A DNA stretch of 64,000 nt from an uncultured Pseudomonadales bacterium (lineage in GTDB: Bacteria; Patescibacteriota; Microgenomatia; UBA1400; CAYXSR01), in contig CAYXSR010000001.1 of NCBI GenBank assembly GCA_964467735.1, positions 108,839-172,838 on the forward strand. The letters are read 5' to 3'. This document shows positions 48,393 through 58,353 of the stretch, in pieces. Each line of letters starts with the position of its first letter. Within the stretch, counting starts at the first letter, position 1. Both the position numbers and the translations under genes were made by a program. The notes under the pieces were generated by a model that saw only the letters and a list, made by a program, of their open reading frames with translations, searched no databases and had not been told where the DNA came from.

Positions 48393-48986
48393 TTACTTAA
48401 AAATTCCTGAGAAAAGCGTCTCTGACTGCTCTGGGTTCCCATCTTCTGGCTCTAAACTAATCTTAACAGTTTTATAGCTACTTTTATCTCCGGTGGTAAG
48501 ATAATAAAGTTCTCCTCCTCCATCTTCTAATATCTCTACTCTTCCTAATGAAATGAAATCATTTATATCTCTTTCCAACCAGGCCTCATAATAATAACCT
48601 TTCTGAGGAAAAGGTAAATTATTAAGATTGACATAAAAATAAAATTTACCATCAGAAAATAGTCTTTTAGCTACTCCTTTTAAGCTGCTATTGTCTACCT
48701 GATAAATGTTTGCCTGCTCCGCTTCGACACTTCCCAGCATTGACTTAATTTGATCTTTTATCTTTCTCTTTTCTTCTTCGCTCATTTGCTCTTTTTCTTC
48801 TGATTCTCTGGTTGGCTCTTCTTGTTTATAAAGGACTTCATCAGATATAGGAGAAGGCTGTTTTTGATTAGCCTTTTTATTTCTAAAATAAGCATATGAG
48901 GCACCAATTAATAAAAGTAAACCTATTCCTAGTAAAATTGTTTGCCAGTCGATTCTGTTCGTCTGCTTTATTTGAGACATTCTCAC
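48393..48986 (-). CDS. Single-pass membrane protein with an RskA-like (anti-sigma-K C-terminal) extracytoplasmic domain
   Basis: TM segment WQTILLGIGLLLLIGASYAYF. C-terminal YYEAWLERD...KTVKISLEPEDGNPEQSE resembles the RskA C-terminal domain. No sigma factor is adjacent. Confidence 0.4.
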   Translation of the reverse strand: MRMSQIKQTNRIDWQTILLGIGLLLLIGASYAYFRNKKANQKQPSPISDEVLYKQEEPTRESEEKEQMSEEEKRKIKDQIKSMLGSVEAEQANIYQVDNSSLKGVAKRLFSDGKFYFYVNLNNLPFPQKGYYYEAWLERDINDFISLGRVEILEDGGGELYYLTTGDKSSYKTVKISLEPEDGNPEQSETLFSGIFK

Positions 48987-49056
48987 CTCCTTTCAAAAAA
49001 CCTGCCTCTTAGGCAGGTTTACTCTTACTCCATCTAATCAATTTTTGTTCTAATTG

Positions 49057-49593
49057 TCAATTAATCATCGCTTCTTCTTTTGGCTCCCCAATAACCTTTC
49101 CAAAAATAAATTGATTGATTCCAAAATAAGAAAGCTTTCTTCTCCCTTCAAGTTCCAAACCACATTTAACGTAAAAATTTTTAGCTGCTGGCTGAGAAGC
49201 AACTTCTATTTTGTGACAGTCTGTTTTTTTCGCTTTATTAATCCACGTTTTAATTAGTTTTTTACCTATTCCTTTTTTTCTATAATTTTTTAAAACTCCT
49301 AACCAGCGACAAAAAGAAACTCCTCCATAGGGTTTATCAATAACAACAAAACCAATAATCTCTTTTTTTGTTTTACTTTGTTTCTTAGCGACTAGAAAAG
49401 TCTTCCAATTATCTTTTAACCATAAATAAAAAGCATTGGGAGTATATATTTTAGACAAAAAATAGTCGATAACATTAGGGCTATACCCAGGGAAGCCCTC
49501 CTTTAAAATCTTAGCAAACAAATTATGAAAAGGGGTTATTTCATCTTCTTGAAGTTCTTCTATTACAAAATCCATTAATTTTTCAATCACCAA
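49057..49593 (-). CDS. GNAT-family N-acetyltransferase
   Basis: Motif A RKKGIGKKLI with the surrounding GNAT fold pattern. 178 aa. Confidence 0.7.
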   Translation of the reverse strand: MVIEKLMDFVIEELQEDEITPFHNLFAKILKEGFPGYSPNVIDYFLSKIYTPNAFYLWLKDNWKTFLVAKKQSKTKKEIIGFVVIDKPYGGVSFCRWLGVLKNYRKKGIGKKLIKTWINKAKKTDCHKIEVASQPAAKNFYVKCGLELEGRRKLSYFGINQFIFGKVIGEPKEEAMIN

Positions 49594-49643
49594 AAGACCC
49601 TTCTTTTAAAAAGAAGAGTCTTTGATGTTTCTTTAAAGAAAAT

Positions 49644-49898
49644 TTATACTTTTTTCAAAACAGGCATACCTGTTCTTTGAGTTTCAACCACCTTGTATCC
49701 AGCAGGAACACTGTCGATTGCACCAGCTCGAACATCTCTTGCAAAGTAATAAATTGTCTGTCTTCTTCCACCTCTTAAAGTAACATCTTTTTTATGAAGA
49801 TGATAAGTAACACCTTTACTGTTTGTATATGAATAAGCCATCTGCCTTCTCACCTCCTTTTTTGCCTTATGGACAGGAAATTTCTTATTTACCCTCAT
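49644..49898 (-). CDS. Small basic hypothetical protein (possibly starting at MAYSYT, comp 49838)
   Basis: ORF of 65-84 aa, rich in K/R/Y. No family recognised. Confidence 0.3.
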   Translation of the reverse strand: MRVNKKFPVHKAKKEVRRQMAYSYTNSKGVTYHLHKKDVTLRGGRRQTIYYFARDVRAGAIDSVPAGYKVVETQRTGMPVLKKV

Positions 49899-50025
49899 AT
49901 TAGAGGAGCATCAGGCTATTTGTCAAGAGGAAGCCTCTTTTTATTCACAGATATAAAATTCCAATTATCTATGAGTATAGAACCATAATCTTCTGTGAAG
50001 GCAAATAAAACTGTATACTAATTAT

Positions 50026-50631
50026 ATGTCAGAAAAAATTATTAAAAATAAGGCAACTGAGAATTATTTTAGTTCTTTTTCTCTCAAAAAATTTTGCAAG
50101 AAATACTTTTTCTTTCTCTCAAAAAATTTTAGGTCTATCTACTCTAGAAGATTTTTGTTAAGCCTCCTACTACTATTAATTTTAGTTAATTATCTTTTTC
50201 CTAAAAATAAAATTGAGAAAGCTAGGCTGGATGTTGCCAGATGGCCATTCTCTGCTAAAAAGCATTTAAAATTAATTAAGACTTTTTTTGATAATGGAAA
50301 TTCTGTTAAGTCTAAAGAAGAAATAAGAATAATCGAAATGTCTCCTTTTATGTCTTTTAATATAAAATTAATTCCAAATCTCAAAAAAGAATTTCACAAA
50401 ACAGAAGCCATTATTGAATTACCGGATAAAACAGAAGAGAAAATTAATCAACTTGAAACTCTTCTTCTTCAAAAACCATACTATCGAGATCTTTATCTAA
50501 GACTATCTCTTTTGTATTTGCAAATATGGAAAGATGAAGAAGCTAAGCAAGCTTGGCAAACTGCCTATTACTTAGATCCAAATAGCCCACAGGTCAAACA
50601 ATTAGGAAAATTAATTGAAGAACTACTCTAA
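50026..50631 (+). CDS. Hypothetical membrane-anchored protein with a TPR-like C-terminus
   Basis: One TM segment (LLSLLLLLILVNYLF). C-terminal AWQTAYYLDPNSPQ resembles a TPR helix pair. Confidence 0.35.
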   Translation: MSEKIIKNKATENYFSSFSLKKFCKKYFFFLSKNFRSIYSRRFLLSLLLLLILVNYLFPKNKIEKARLDVARWPFSAKKHLKLIKTFFDNGNSVKSKEEIRIIEMSPFMSFNIKLIPNLKKEFHKTEAIIELPDKTEEKINQLETLLLQKPYYRDLYLRLSLLYLQIWKDEEAKQAWQTAYYLDPNSPQVKQLGKLIEELL

Positions 50632-50641
50632 AACTAAAGGA

Positions 50642-51388
50642 TTATTTATTCTCTTTGGTTTTAGTTTCTCCAGAAGTTGATGCTTCTTTACTTTTCTCTG
50701 ACTTACCTTCTTGTAGAGGAGGAGTTTCTCCTTCTTTGGGCTCTTCACCCTCTTTGGTTTCTCCTTCTTCAACCTCACCTTCGCCTTCCTCACCCTCTGC
50801 TGGAGCGGGAGGAGCAGGTTCTTCTTCTTTAGTTGGCTCCTCTATCTGAACAACTAATTGATTTTCATCATCCAAAACTTTTATTTTTTCACGATTAATC
50901 TTCAGATCTTTAACAGTAATTCCTTTACCTATTTCTTCTAACCCAGAAATATCTACTTCTATCTTATCTGGCAAGTCGTTTGGTAAGGCCTCTACCTTTA
51001 TTTCATCTAAAAGATGAACAACAATTCCCCCTTTATCTACTGCTGGAGCCTCGCCAACTAATTCTACTGGAACAGCTACTTCTACTTTTTCAGTCAAATC
51101 AACTTGTCTAAACTCTACGTGAAGAACATCTCCAAAGACTGGACTTTTCTGAACATTGCTAATCAAGACTGGCCTTGACTCTTTCTCTCCCTCAATAGTT
51201 AAGTAAACAACTCCTGTTTCTCCGGCCTCTTTAAAAATATCTAAAAATTCCTTGAGAGAAATTCGAAGAGCTGTTGATTTAATCTTCTTACCAAAAATAT
51301 TGGCTGGTACAACACCTTCGGTACGTAAGTTTTTAACTTTTCTACCAAAGGTTTTTCTCTTTTGAACTTTAACTTCTAACTTTTTCAT
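50642..51388 (-). CDS. rplY: Ribosomal protein L25/general stress protein Ctc with a long acidic Glu/Pro/Gly-rich C-terminal tail
   Basis: N-terminal L25 fold (MKKLEVKVQKRKTFGRKVKNLRTEGVVPANIFG) followed by about 60 aa of low complexity (EEPAPPAPAEGEEGEGEVEEGETKEGEEPKEGE…). Start chosen at MKKLEV. Confidence 0.8.
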   Translation of the reverse strand: MKKLEVKVQKRKTFGRKVKNLRTEGVVPANIFGKKIKSTALRISLKEFLDIFKEAGETGVVYLTIEGEKESRPVLISNVQKSPVFGDVLHVEFRQVDLTEKVEVAVPVELVGEAPAVDKGGIVVHLLDEIKVEALPNDLPDKIEVDISGLEEIGKGITVKDLKINREKIKVLDDENQLVVQIEEPTKEEEPAPPAPAEGEEGEGEVEEGETKEGEEPKEGETPPLQEGKSEKSKEASTSGETKTKENK

Positions 51389-51438
51389 AACTCTGCAGTT
51401 TAACAACTTTTTATTAAAAAAGCAAGAGGAGAAAAAAA

Positions 51439-52128
51439 TTATTCTCGGGGAGTTTCGCCATAAATAATAATCTCTGTACCAGGGTTATCAGCAGAAGCAC
51501 GAATACTTCTTGCTCCATTTAATTTAGGGTCTGCCCAAAAGTAAAGAAGAGCCGCTTCTTCCGTTTTCATATTAACACAACCATGAGACATGGGATGACC
51601 AAAATTACTATGCCAGTAGGTACCATGAATCCCAAAACCTCGAGATTGAGGGATTTGATTACTATAGAAATACATTGTGTAAGGTACATTTGGGAGATAA
51701 TAGTAAGTTCTTAAGGCTCTTGAACCTCCTGACATCTTTGTATAACGCAATTTCGTCCAGATTCTAAAACTACCAGTTGGCGTCCGACCCCATTTACCAG
51801 TAGAAACTAAGAAATTATAAATCAATCTATCTCCCTCGTAGGCATAAATTCTTTGATTAGTCAAATCTATCTCTATCCTTTTAGGAGCATCTGATTCTCC
51901 TAAGACTGCTTTTTCTTCTTCTGAGAAATCCTTTGCCGTTAATGAATCTGTTAAATCAATCTTTTGGTTATTAAAAATTGCTATTTTTTCGTCAGGGTTA
52001 AATTCTTCTTTTAAGGTTAATGGATTAATTTTTGCTGGAGCAGAAGAAGTAAATAAACCAAAATTTATAACTAACCAAAAAGCAGAAAAAAGAGGAGCAA
52101 CGATAAAAAATATCCAGACTTTTTTCAT
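51439..52128 (-). CDS. L,D-transpeptidase (YkuD family), secreted
   Basis: Signal/TM N-terminus. Catalytic block HGTYWHSNFGHPMSHGCVNM. Confidence 0.85.
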   Translation of the reverse strand: MKKVWIFFIVAPLFSAFWLVINFGLFTSSAPAKINPLTLKEEFNPDEKIAIFNNQKIDLTDSLTAKDFSEEEKAVLGESDAPKRIEIDLTNQRIYAYEGDRLIYNFLVSTGKWGRTPTGSFRIWTKLRYTKMSGGSRALRTYYYLPNVPYTMYFYSNQIPQSRGFGIHGTYWHSNFGHPMSHGCVNMKTEEAALLYFWADPKLNGARSIRASADNPGTEIIIYGETPRE

Positions 52129-52173
52129 TCTAATTCAATTTAGCAAAAAAAAATCTTTTTTCAAAGAGTCAAA

Positions 52174-53307
52174 TTAACCAAACATCAAAACTTCTGGTTT
52201 AAAGATAATCAAAACGCCAATAACCAACATTAATAATCCCCCAATTAAAAAAGAGAATCGAGTATACTTTTTTTCCACTCCTACCATCTTAAAAGTAATC
52301 ATAGCGGTAAAAAAAACAATAAGGTCATCGATCATAAAAAAGAAAATATAAATAAGTAAATATAAATAATACTGCCAGGTCTTTAATTTAGTTAAACTTA
52401 ACACTTGAGTAAAAATAGCTGGGAAACCGGCTGAACAAACTAATTCTACTAAATTAACTGCAAAAGCCAACAAAATCATTCCGACAATTGCTAAAAAAAA
52501 CTCTTTACTTCTAATCACTTTTCTAATGTTGTCGAAAACAACCAGTCTTTTTTTATTCCCAGTAACCTTACAACCTGCCTGTTTATTAACAAAATATTCT
52601 CGAACATTATAACTCCCTGTTACTAAGGCTACTAAGCCAATAACTATTCTCACCCAAAAAACAAATCCTAAAAACAAAAAAAAGTTTAGCCAGGCAGTCA
52701 TAAAAAGAAAATATACAAAAGCCGAACTAACAATAAAAATTGTTCCCAATATCCACATTTTCTTCTTGTCTTTCATCCCTAAAAGCATGCTAATTAAAAA
52801 TAGAAGTGTCCACATGGCACAAGGATTAAAACCATCCAAAACTCCAATAATAGTTGCTAATAAAGGTAAAGATAAATTTTTAATTTCAATTCTGCCTATC
52901 AAAGGAATAGAAATTACTTCAGGAATTTCTTTTTTTGAATCCTTGTTACAATCCAAAACTTGAGCTATTTGTTGACCGGTAACTTCATCACTTAAATAAC
53001 CACTGAAATAGTGGTTACCAATAATCGTAAAAGGGGTTCCTCCAAGAGGAGCATTAATTTCTTTCTGCTTAGTTAATAAAAGTTGAAGATTTTCATAATT
53101 TTCCGAAGTTTCAAAACTTTTTATTTCTATATTTTCATATTTTTGTTTCAATCCTTCCAAAAATTTCATTTCTTTTTCACAATGAGGACACCCCTCTGCC
53201 CAAAAGAAATAAATAACATTAGAACAATTTTCCTTAGCCAATACAGGAGTGGCAAGGCTTAAAAATAAAAGAAAAACTAATAAAAAATAAACTATCTTTT
53301 TAATCAT
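52174..53307 (-). CDS. Fusion of a thioredoxin-fold CxxC domain and a DsbD/CcdA-like transmembrane thiol-disulfide transporter
   Basis: Signal peptide, WAEGCPHCEKE thioredoxin motif, then at least 6 TM with a conserved Cys (NPCAMWTL) as in CcdA/DsbD-beta. Confidence 0.55.
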   Translation of the reverse strand: MIKKIVYFLLVFLLFLSLATPVLAKENCSNVIYFFWAEGCPHCEKEMKFLEGLKQKYENIEIKSFETSENYENLQLLLTKQKEINAPLGGTPFTIIGNHYFSGYLSDEVTGQQIAQVLDCNKDSKKEIPEVISIPLIGRIEIKNLSLPLLATIIGVLDGFNPCAMWTLLFLISMLLGMKDKKKMWILGTIFIVSSAFVYFLFMTAWLNFFLFLGFVFWVRIVIGLVALVTGSYNVREYFVNKQAGCKVTGNKKRLVVFDNIRKVIRSKEFFLAIVGMILLAFAVNLVELVCSAGFPAIFTQVLSLTKLKTWQYYLYLLIYIFFFMIDDLIVFFTAMITFKMVGVEKKYTRFSFLIGGLLMLVIGVLIIFKPEVLMFG

Positions 53308-53576
53308 CGATTTTTGTTTTTTAAAACAACTTCTAACAGTTCCTCTTTAGATATTTCTCCACTCATTCTTAAAAATTCTTTACCAGTTTTATCTAAAAAA
53401 ATAAATACCGGTAACATTCCGTCATTTATTTTATATTTTTCTATTAAGGCTTGTTCTTCATCAAAGTCTAAATATTGTGTCTTCAACCAAGGGTTTTCTT
53501 TTTCTATTTCTTCCCAACGCGGACGCATCACTAAACAACTATTACACCAAACAGCGCCAATTTTTAAGATTTTCAT
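53304..53576 (-). CDS. Thioredoxin-family protein
   Basis: WCNSC active site within IGAVWCNSCLVMRP. Start chosen at MKILKIG. 4-nt overlap with the downstream DsbD-like gene. Confidence 0.6.
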   Translation of the reverse strand: MKILKIGAVWCNSCLVMRPRWEEIEKENPWLKTQYLDFDEEQALIEKYKINDGMLPVFIFLDKTGKEFLRMSGEISKEELLEVVLKNKNR

Positions 53577-53667
53577 TTTCCATCTTTCATATAAGTTATT
53601 ATATAATAACAATCAATAGATCGTAATAATTGTCTTTTAAAACAAATTTTGCTATTTTGAGATTTGT

Positions 53668-54999
53668 ATGAATTTCCTTAAAAAAATTGACCCCCAAATT
53701 TATAAGTTAATCACTCAAGAATACAGAAGGCAGCAGGAAACATTAATGATGATTCCTTCGGAAAATGTGGTTTCTAACTCGGTACAAGAAGCGGTTGGCT
53801 CTTGTTTAGGAAATAAATATGCTGAAGGTTATCCATTTAAACGGTATTACCAAGGACAAAAATATATTGACCAAATAGAAAACTTAGTTATTGAAAGAGC
53901 TAAAAAAGCCTTCAATGTTCCTCACGCTAATATCCAGCCACTCTCTGGATCTCCGGCTAACTTAGCGGTTTACTTTGCTTTATTAAAGCCAAATGACAAA
54001 ATAATGGGTTTAGCTTTATCTCATGGTGGACACCTCACTCATGGAGCGCCAGTTTCTGCTTCTGCTAAATATTATCGTTCTGTCTCTTATATTTTAGGCA
54101 AGAATGGAAAAATGGATTATGGATTAATCGAAAAAATGGTTCTTAAAGAAAAGCCAAAACTAATTATTGCTGGTATAACTGCTTATCCTTTACAACTGAA
54201 CTGGGAAAAGTTTGCTCTAATTGCTAAAAAAATTAATGCTTACTTAATGGCTGATATTGCTCATCTGGCTGGCTTAGTTGTTGCTGGTGCTTATCCTGAT
54301 CCAGCTCCTCATGTCCACATCATAACTACCACTACCCATAAAACATTAAGGGGTCCTCGAGGAGCAATGATTTTAGTCACTAAAAAAGGTTTAAAAAAAG
54401 ATTCTGAGTTAGATAAAAAAATAGATAAAGCTGTATTTCCTGGTTTACAAGGTGGTCCTCACATCAATGCTATTGCTGGTATCGGGGTAGCTTTAAAAGA
54501 AACGATGACTAGCAGGTTTAAAAAATATGCTTTTCAGATTGTTAAAAATAGCCAAGCTCTTGCTCAAGAACTTAAAAAATCAGGTCTTCGGCTAGTTGCT
54601 GGAGGAAGCAACACTCATTTAATACTAATTGATTTAACAAACAAGGAGATAACTGGTAACTTAGCAGCTGAAGCTTTAGAAGAAGCAGGAATTGTCCTGA
54701 ATAGAAACTCTGTTCCTTTTGATCCTCATCCTCCTTTTTACCCTTCAGGTCTAAGGCTAGGAACACCAGGTATAACTAGCCGGGGAATGAAAGAAAAAGA
54801 AATGGTAAAAATTGCTAATTGGATCAATGATATCTTAGAAGAAGTTTTTCAATTGAAAAAAGAAATGAAAATTAGTTTCGATGAAGAAAAGAAGATAAGT
54901 ACCAGAAAAAATATTATTAAAAAATGCCAGATGGTTAAGAAAATTCGTTTACAAGTTAAAGACCTTTGTAAAAAGTTTCCTATTAAAAAAACATATTAA
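53668..54999 (+). CDS. glyA: Serine hydroxymethyltransferase
   Basis: SGSPANLAVY, HGGHLTHG, and the PLP-lysine block TTTTHKTLRGPRG. 443 aa. Confidence 0.95.
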   Translation: MNFLKKIDPQIYKLITQEYRRQQETLMMIPSENVVSNSVQEAVGSCLGNKYAEGYPFKRYYQGQKYIDQIENLVIERAKKAFNVPHANIQPLSGSPANLAVYFALLKPNDKIMGLALSHGGHLTHGAPVSASAKYYRSVSYILGKNGKMDYGLIEKMVLKEKPKLIIAGITAYPLQLNWEKFALIAKKINAYLMADIAHLAGLVVAGAYPDPAPHVHIITTTTHKTLRGPRGAMILVTKKGLKKDSELDKKIDKAVFPGLQGGPHINAIAGIGVALKETMTSRFKKYAFQIVKNSQALAQELKKSGLRLVAGGSNTHLILIDLTNKEITGNLAAEALEEAGIVLNRNSVPFDPHPPFYPSGLRLGTPGITSRGMKEKEMVKIANWINDILEEVFQLKKEMKISFDEEKKISTRKNIIKKCQMVKKIRLQVKDLCKKFPIKKTY

Positions 55000-55011
55000 C
55001 TTAGGAATAAT

Positions 55012-57123
55012 ATGAAGAATAACAAACCTAATATCAAATATCTTTTTGAACCACGATCAGTGGCTGTTATTGGTGTTTCTCACGATAAGAATAAGATTGG
55101 TTACAAAATAATCGAAAATATCTTAGCCAGCCAATACAAAGGTAAAATATATCCTATAAATCCTAAGGGTGGCACTATCCTTGAATTACCTGTTTATAAA
55201 GAAATTTCTCAGATAAATGATGATATTGATCTAGTCGTTGTAGCTGTTCCTGCTCAATTTGTTTTCGAAGCCATTCAAGGATGTCCTGGAAAAAATGTTA
55301 AATTTCTATCTATTATTAGCTCTGGTTTCTCAGAAATTGGCAAAATAAAAGAAGAAAAAGAAATTGTCGATTTTGCCAATAGTAATGGTATGCGGGTTCT
55401 AGGCCCCAATGTCTTTGGTATTTACTCCTCTAAAGCTCCGATAAATGCTACTTTTGGCGCCAAACATATTAAAAAAGGAAAAGTAGCAATTATCACTCAA
55501 AGTGGGGCTTTAGGAATTGCTTTAATTGGGAAGACAGAAACTGAAGGTATTGGTCTTTCAACTGTTGTTTCAATTGGTAATAAAGCAGATATTGAAGAAA
55601 CAGATATTTTAGAATATTTAATTACTAACAAAAATACCAAAGCCGTTTTAGCTTATATTGAAGGAATAAAAGACGGTCAAAGATTTATTCAAATTCTGAA
55701 AAAAATAACTGCTAAAAAACCAGTAGTGGTTATCAAAGCTGGTCGTTCTAAAAGAGGGGCGATGGCTGTCGCCTCCCATACTGGCTCTTTGGCTGGATCA
55801 GATAATCTTTTTTCCGATATTTTAAGTCAATGTGGAGCTTTTAGAGCGGAAACTCTTCAAGAAGCAATAAATTGGGTTAAATTTTTATCTGACTCGCCAA
55901 ACTTAAAAGGAGAAAATACGATTATTATTACTAATGGTGGTGGCATTGGTGTGTTAGCTACTGATGCTTGCGAGAAATATGGTATCAAACTTTATAACAA
56001 AACTAGTATTATGGAAAAAGCTTTTTTGGGAATTGTTCCTAGCTTTGGTTCCTTTAAAAATCCAATCGATATTACTGGACAGGCTACAATCGAAGATTAC
56101 GATAAGGCTTTATTGGCAGCAATTAAAAATAAAGACATTCATTCAGTTATTTGTTTAGGATGTGAAACAGCTGTTTTTGATGCAAGCAAGCTTTCAAATT
56201 TAGCCGAGAGCACTTTTAATAAGGCTAGAAAAAATAAACCGATTGTTTTCTCTTTTGTAGGTGGTAAAAAGATTAAAGAAAGTATTTCTTATTTAAAAAA
56301 TCGAAATATCCCTATTTTTTCAGAAACTTATGAGGCAGTCTCTTGTCTGAAAACTGCTTATAACAATTATTATAATTTAAAGAATAGAAAAGAAAAAATC
56401 GCTAAAAGAAGAGTTAATATTAAAAAAATTAGAAAAATTGTTGATTATGCCAGGCAGGAAAAAAGAAATTTCCTTCTTCCTTCAGAATCTCAAAAAGTAA
56501 TGAACATGGCAGCTATTCCTTTTCCTAAAAGTTATGTTGCTCAAAATTCTCAACAAGCTGTTAAAAATGCTAATAAAATTGGTTACCCGGTTGTTATGAA
56601 AGTGGTCTCTAAAGATATTATTCATAAAACCGATGCTGGCGGGGTAGCTTTAGACATTAAAACTCCATCAGAAGTTAGCCAGGCTTATCAAAAAATAATC
56701 AATAATTGTCTTAAAAATAAACCGAAAGCTAAGATTGAAGGAATTCAAATCGATGAAATGATTAGTGGAGGGGTAGAAACGATTGTTGGTGCTAGAAGAG
56801 ATGAAACTTTTGGGCCAATTGTTATCTTTGGGTTGGGTGGTATCTTTGTTGAGACCTTGAAAGATATTTCCTTTAGATCTTTCCCTTTAAGCCACAAACA
56901 AGTAGAAGAAATGATTAAACAAATCAAGTCTTATCCAATATTAACTGATATTCGAGGTGAAAAAAACAAAGACATCGGAAAAATAATTGATGTCCTAATA
57001 AAACTGGGAACAATTATCCAAGAATGTAAGGAAATTAGTGATATTGAAATTAACCCGTTGGTTACCTTTGAACAAGGAAAAGGTGTCAAGGCTTTAGATA
57101 TAAGAATTCTTCTTTCAAATTAA
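55012..57123 (+). CDS. ADP-forming acetyl-CoA synthetase (NDP-forming acyl-CoA synthetase, fused alpha/beta)
   Basis: N-terminal CoA-binding Rossmann domain (SVAVIGVSHDKNKIGY), a succinyl-CoA-synthetase-like middle domain, and a C-terminal ATP-grasp domain. 703 aa. Confidence 0.85.
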   Translation: MKNNKPNIKYLFEPRSVAVIGVSHDKNKIGYKIIENILASQYKGKIYPINPKGGTILELPVYKEISQINDDIDLVVVAVPAQFVFEAIQGCPGKNVKFLSIISSGFSEIGKIKEEKEIVDFANSNGMRVLGPNVFGIYSSKAPINATFGAKHIKKGKVAIITQSGALGIALIGKTETEGIGLSTVVSIGNKADIEETDILEYLITNKNTKAVLAYIEGIKDGQRFIQILKKITAKKPVVVIKAGRSKRGAMAVASHTGSLAGSDNLFSDILSQCGAFRAETLQEAINWVKFLSDSPNLKGENTIIITNGGGIGVLATDACEKYGIKLYNKTSIMEKAFLGIVPSFGSFKNPIDITGQATIEDYDKALLAAIKNKDIHSVICLGCETAVFDASKLSNLAESTFNKARKNKPIVFSFVGGKKIKESISYLKNRNIPIFSETYEAVSCLKTAYNNYYNLKNRKEKIAKRRVNIKKIRKIVDYARQEKRNFLLPSESQKVMNMAAIPFPKSYVAQNSQQAVKNANKIGYPVVMKVVSKDIIHKTDAGGVALDIKTPSEVSQAYQKIINNCLKNKPKAKIEGIQIDEMISGGVETIVGARRDETFGPIVIFGLGGIFVETLKDISFRSFPLSHKQVEEMIKQIKSYPILTDIRGEKNKDIGKIIDVLIKLGTIIQECKEISDIEINPLVTFEQGKGVKALDIRILLSN

Positions 57124-57197
57124 ATCTTTTTAAAATTTAATTAAAGCCTAAATCACTTTTTAGAAACTAAAATCAACTAACCTCCCAACCCTTTTGT

Positions 57198-57464
57198 TTA
57201 TCGAGTTGGTCTTGGTTGCATTGGTCTTGCTTCGTTAACAACTATTTTACGACCTACGAATTCTTGTCCATTTAAAGTCTCAATTGCTTTTTTTGCTTCC
57301 TCTTCAGAAGACATTTCAACAAAGCCGAAACCTTTAGATCTACCAGAATTTCTGTCTTTAATTACTATAGAGCTAACAACTGTACCAGCTTGAGAAAAAT
57401 ATTCTCCTAATTGTTCATCATTAACATCATAGCTAAGATTACCAACATAAAGTTTGTTTGCCAT
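57198..57464 (-). CDS. RRM-type RNA-binding protein
   Basis: RNP2 KLYVGNL and RNP1 KGFGFVEM. 88 aa. GGGGGTGA Shine-Dalgarno. Confidence 0.85.
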   Translation of the reverse strand: MANKLYVGNLSYDVNDEQLGEYFSQAGTVVSSIVIKDRNSGRSKGFGFVEMSSEEEAKKAIETLNGQEFVGRKIVVNEARPMQPRPTR

Positions 57465-57654
57465 TTAAAAAATCACCCCCTCTCAAAAGCTTCTTTGGAG
57501 CCCATCGGAAAAAACCATTTGGAGACCAAGAGAAGACTAGCTAAAATTATTTCAATACTACTGAGGCAATTATAACAGGAAACAAAATAAAGTCAATTAA
57601 ACCGATAAAAGAACAATAAAAGCTATTCTTCCCAATATGATATATGTTCCATAA

Positions 57655-58353
57655 TTAAAGTAAACCAAATCTTTCGTGCATAGAAATTATTCTTTGAACA
57701 GAAAGCTGAGCTAACTCTTGATCTTCTCCAATTATTTTCCAATTTAATTCCCGACCACTTAAAAGTTGAGCAACATTTCTTTGAGTGATTTGACTAGGCC
57801 AAATGTTTTCTTGATCAAAGGCTACCAATCCCCTCCCAGTGTTAATATCTTGAGCAAAAAGATAGCCAAACTGCTGACATTCAAGAAATCCTGTCATTGC
57901 CGCCAGTGGTGAAGAATCATAACTAACAAATCTTGTGTAATCAATCTTCATGCCATCTAAAACATCTCCTAAAAAATCAATTAGACGAAGTTCACCTGGT
58001 AAAATATGAGCATGACGATGACTAACTGTTTGAACAGTACTAGGTTTTTCTAAACCAGCAACTCCTCCATGTTCAACAAAAATAATTGGTTTTTCAATGG
58101 TTGTTCCAAGAGAATGCAAAACCCCACCAACTTCTTCTTGTAATTCGGGCGAACTAGCAAAAGAAGCAAGATGATCTTCTCTTGTATATAGAATAAGGTG
58201 AAAATCCGGTGAAACTGCCAAAACGTCTGGGGTTACCACCATCCTATCTGTTTCCAAAACTGGTATTTTATCTAAAGCAGGGTATAATCCATGTTCTGCC
58301 AGATGTGGTTTAATAAATTGTTCTGGATGGCAAAAAGGACATTTTTCACTCAT
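57655..58353 (-). CDS. HIT-superfamily / GalT-like nucleotide hydrolase-transferase
   Basis: N-terminal CPFCHPE (Zn-knuckle as in GalT-branch HIT proteins) and the histidine-triad block EHGGVAG...VSHRHAHILPG. 232 aa. Amino-acid composition differs from the neighbouring K/N/I-rich proteins. Confidence 0.45.
   Translation of the reverse strand: MSEKCPFCHPEQFIKPHLAEHGLYPALDKIPVLETDRMVVTPDVLAVSPDFHLILYTREDHLASFASSPELQEEVGGVLHSLGTTIEKPIIFVEHGGVAGLEKPSTVQTVSHRHAHILPGELRLIDFLGDVLDGMKIDYTRFVSYDSSPLAAMTGFLECQQFGYLFAQDINTGRGLVAFDQENIWPSQITQRNVAQLLSGRELNWKIIGEDQELAQLSVQRIISMHERFGLL

Noticed and set aside
45565-53612. Longer N-terminal extensions offered by the ORF track for rpe (to 46251), gap (to 47252), L25 (to 51406), thioredoxin (to 53612), DUF134 (to 61732), DUF5320 (to 62008) and the Q-rich protein (to 59862)
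   Set aside because: The extensions overlap the 3' ends of upstream genes, lack Shine-Dalgarno support, and precede well-conserved canonical N-termini. Internal ATGs with SD sequences were chosen instead.
57465-57654. Structured RNA or riboswitch in the 190-nt leader of the RRM RNA-binding protein gene
   Set aside because: Only short palindromes (CCAAATGG) were seen, with no recognisable riboswitch core. Long leaders are common for cold-shock-type RNA-binding protein genes. There is insufficient evidence to call a feature.
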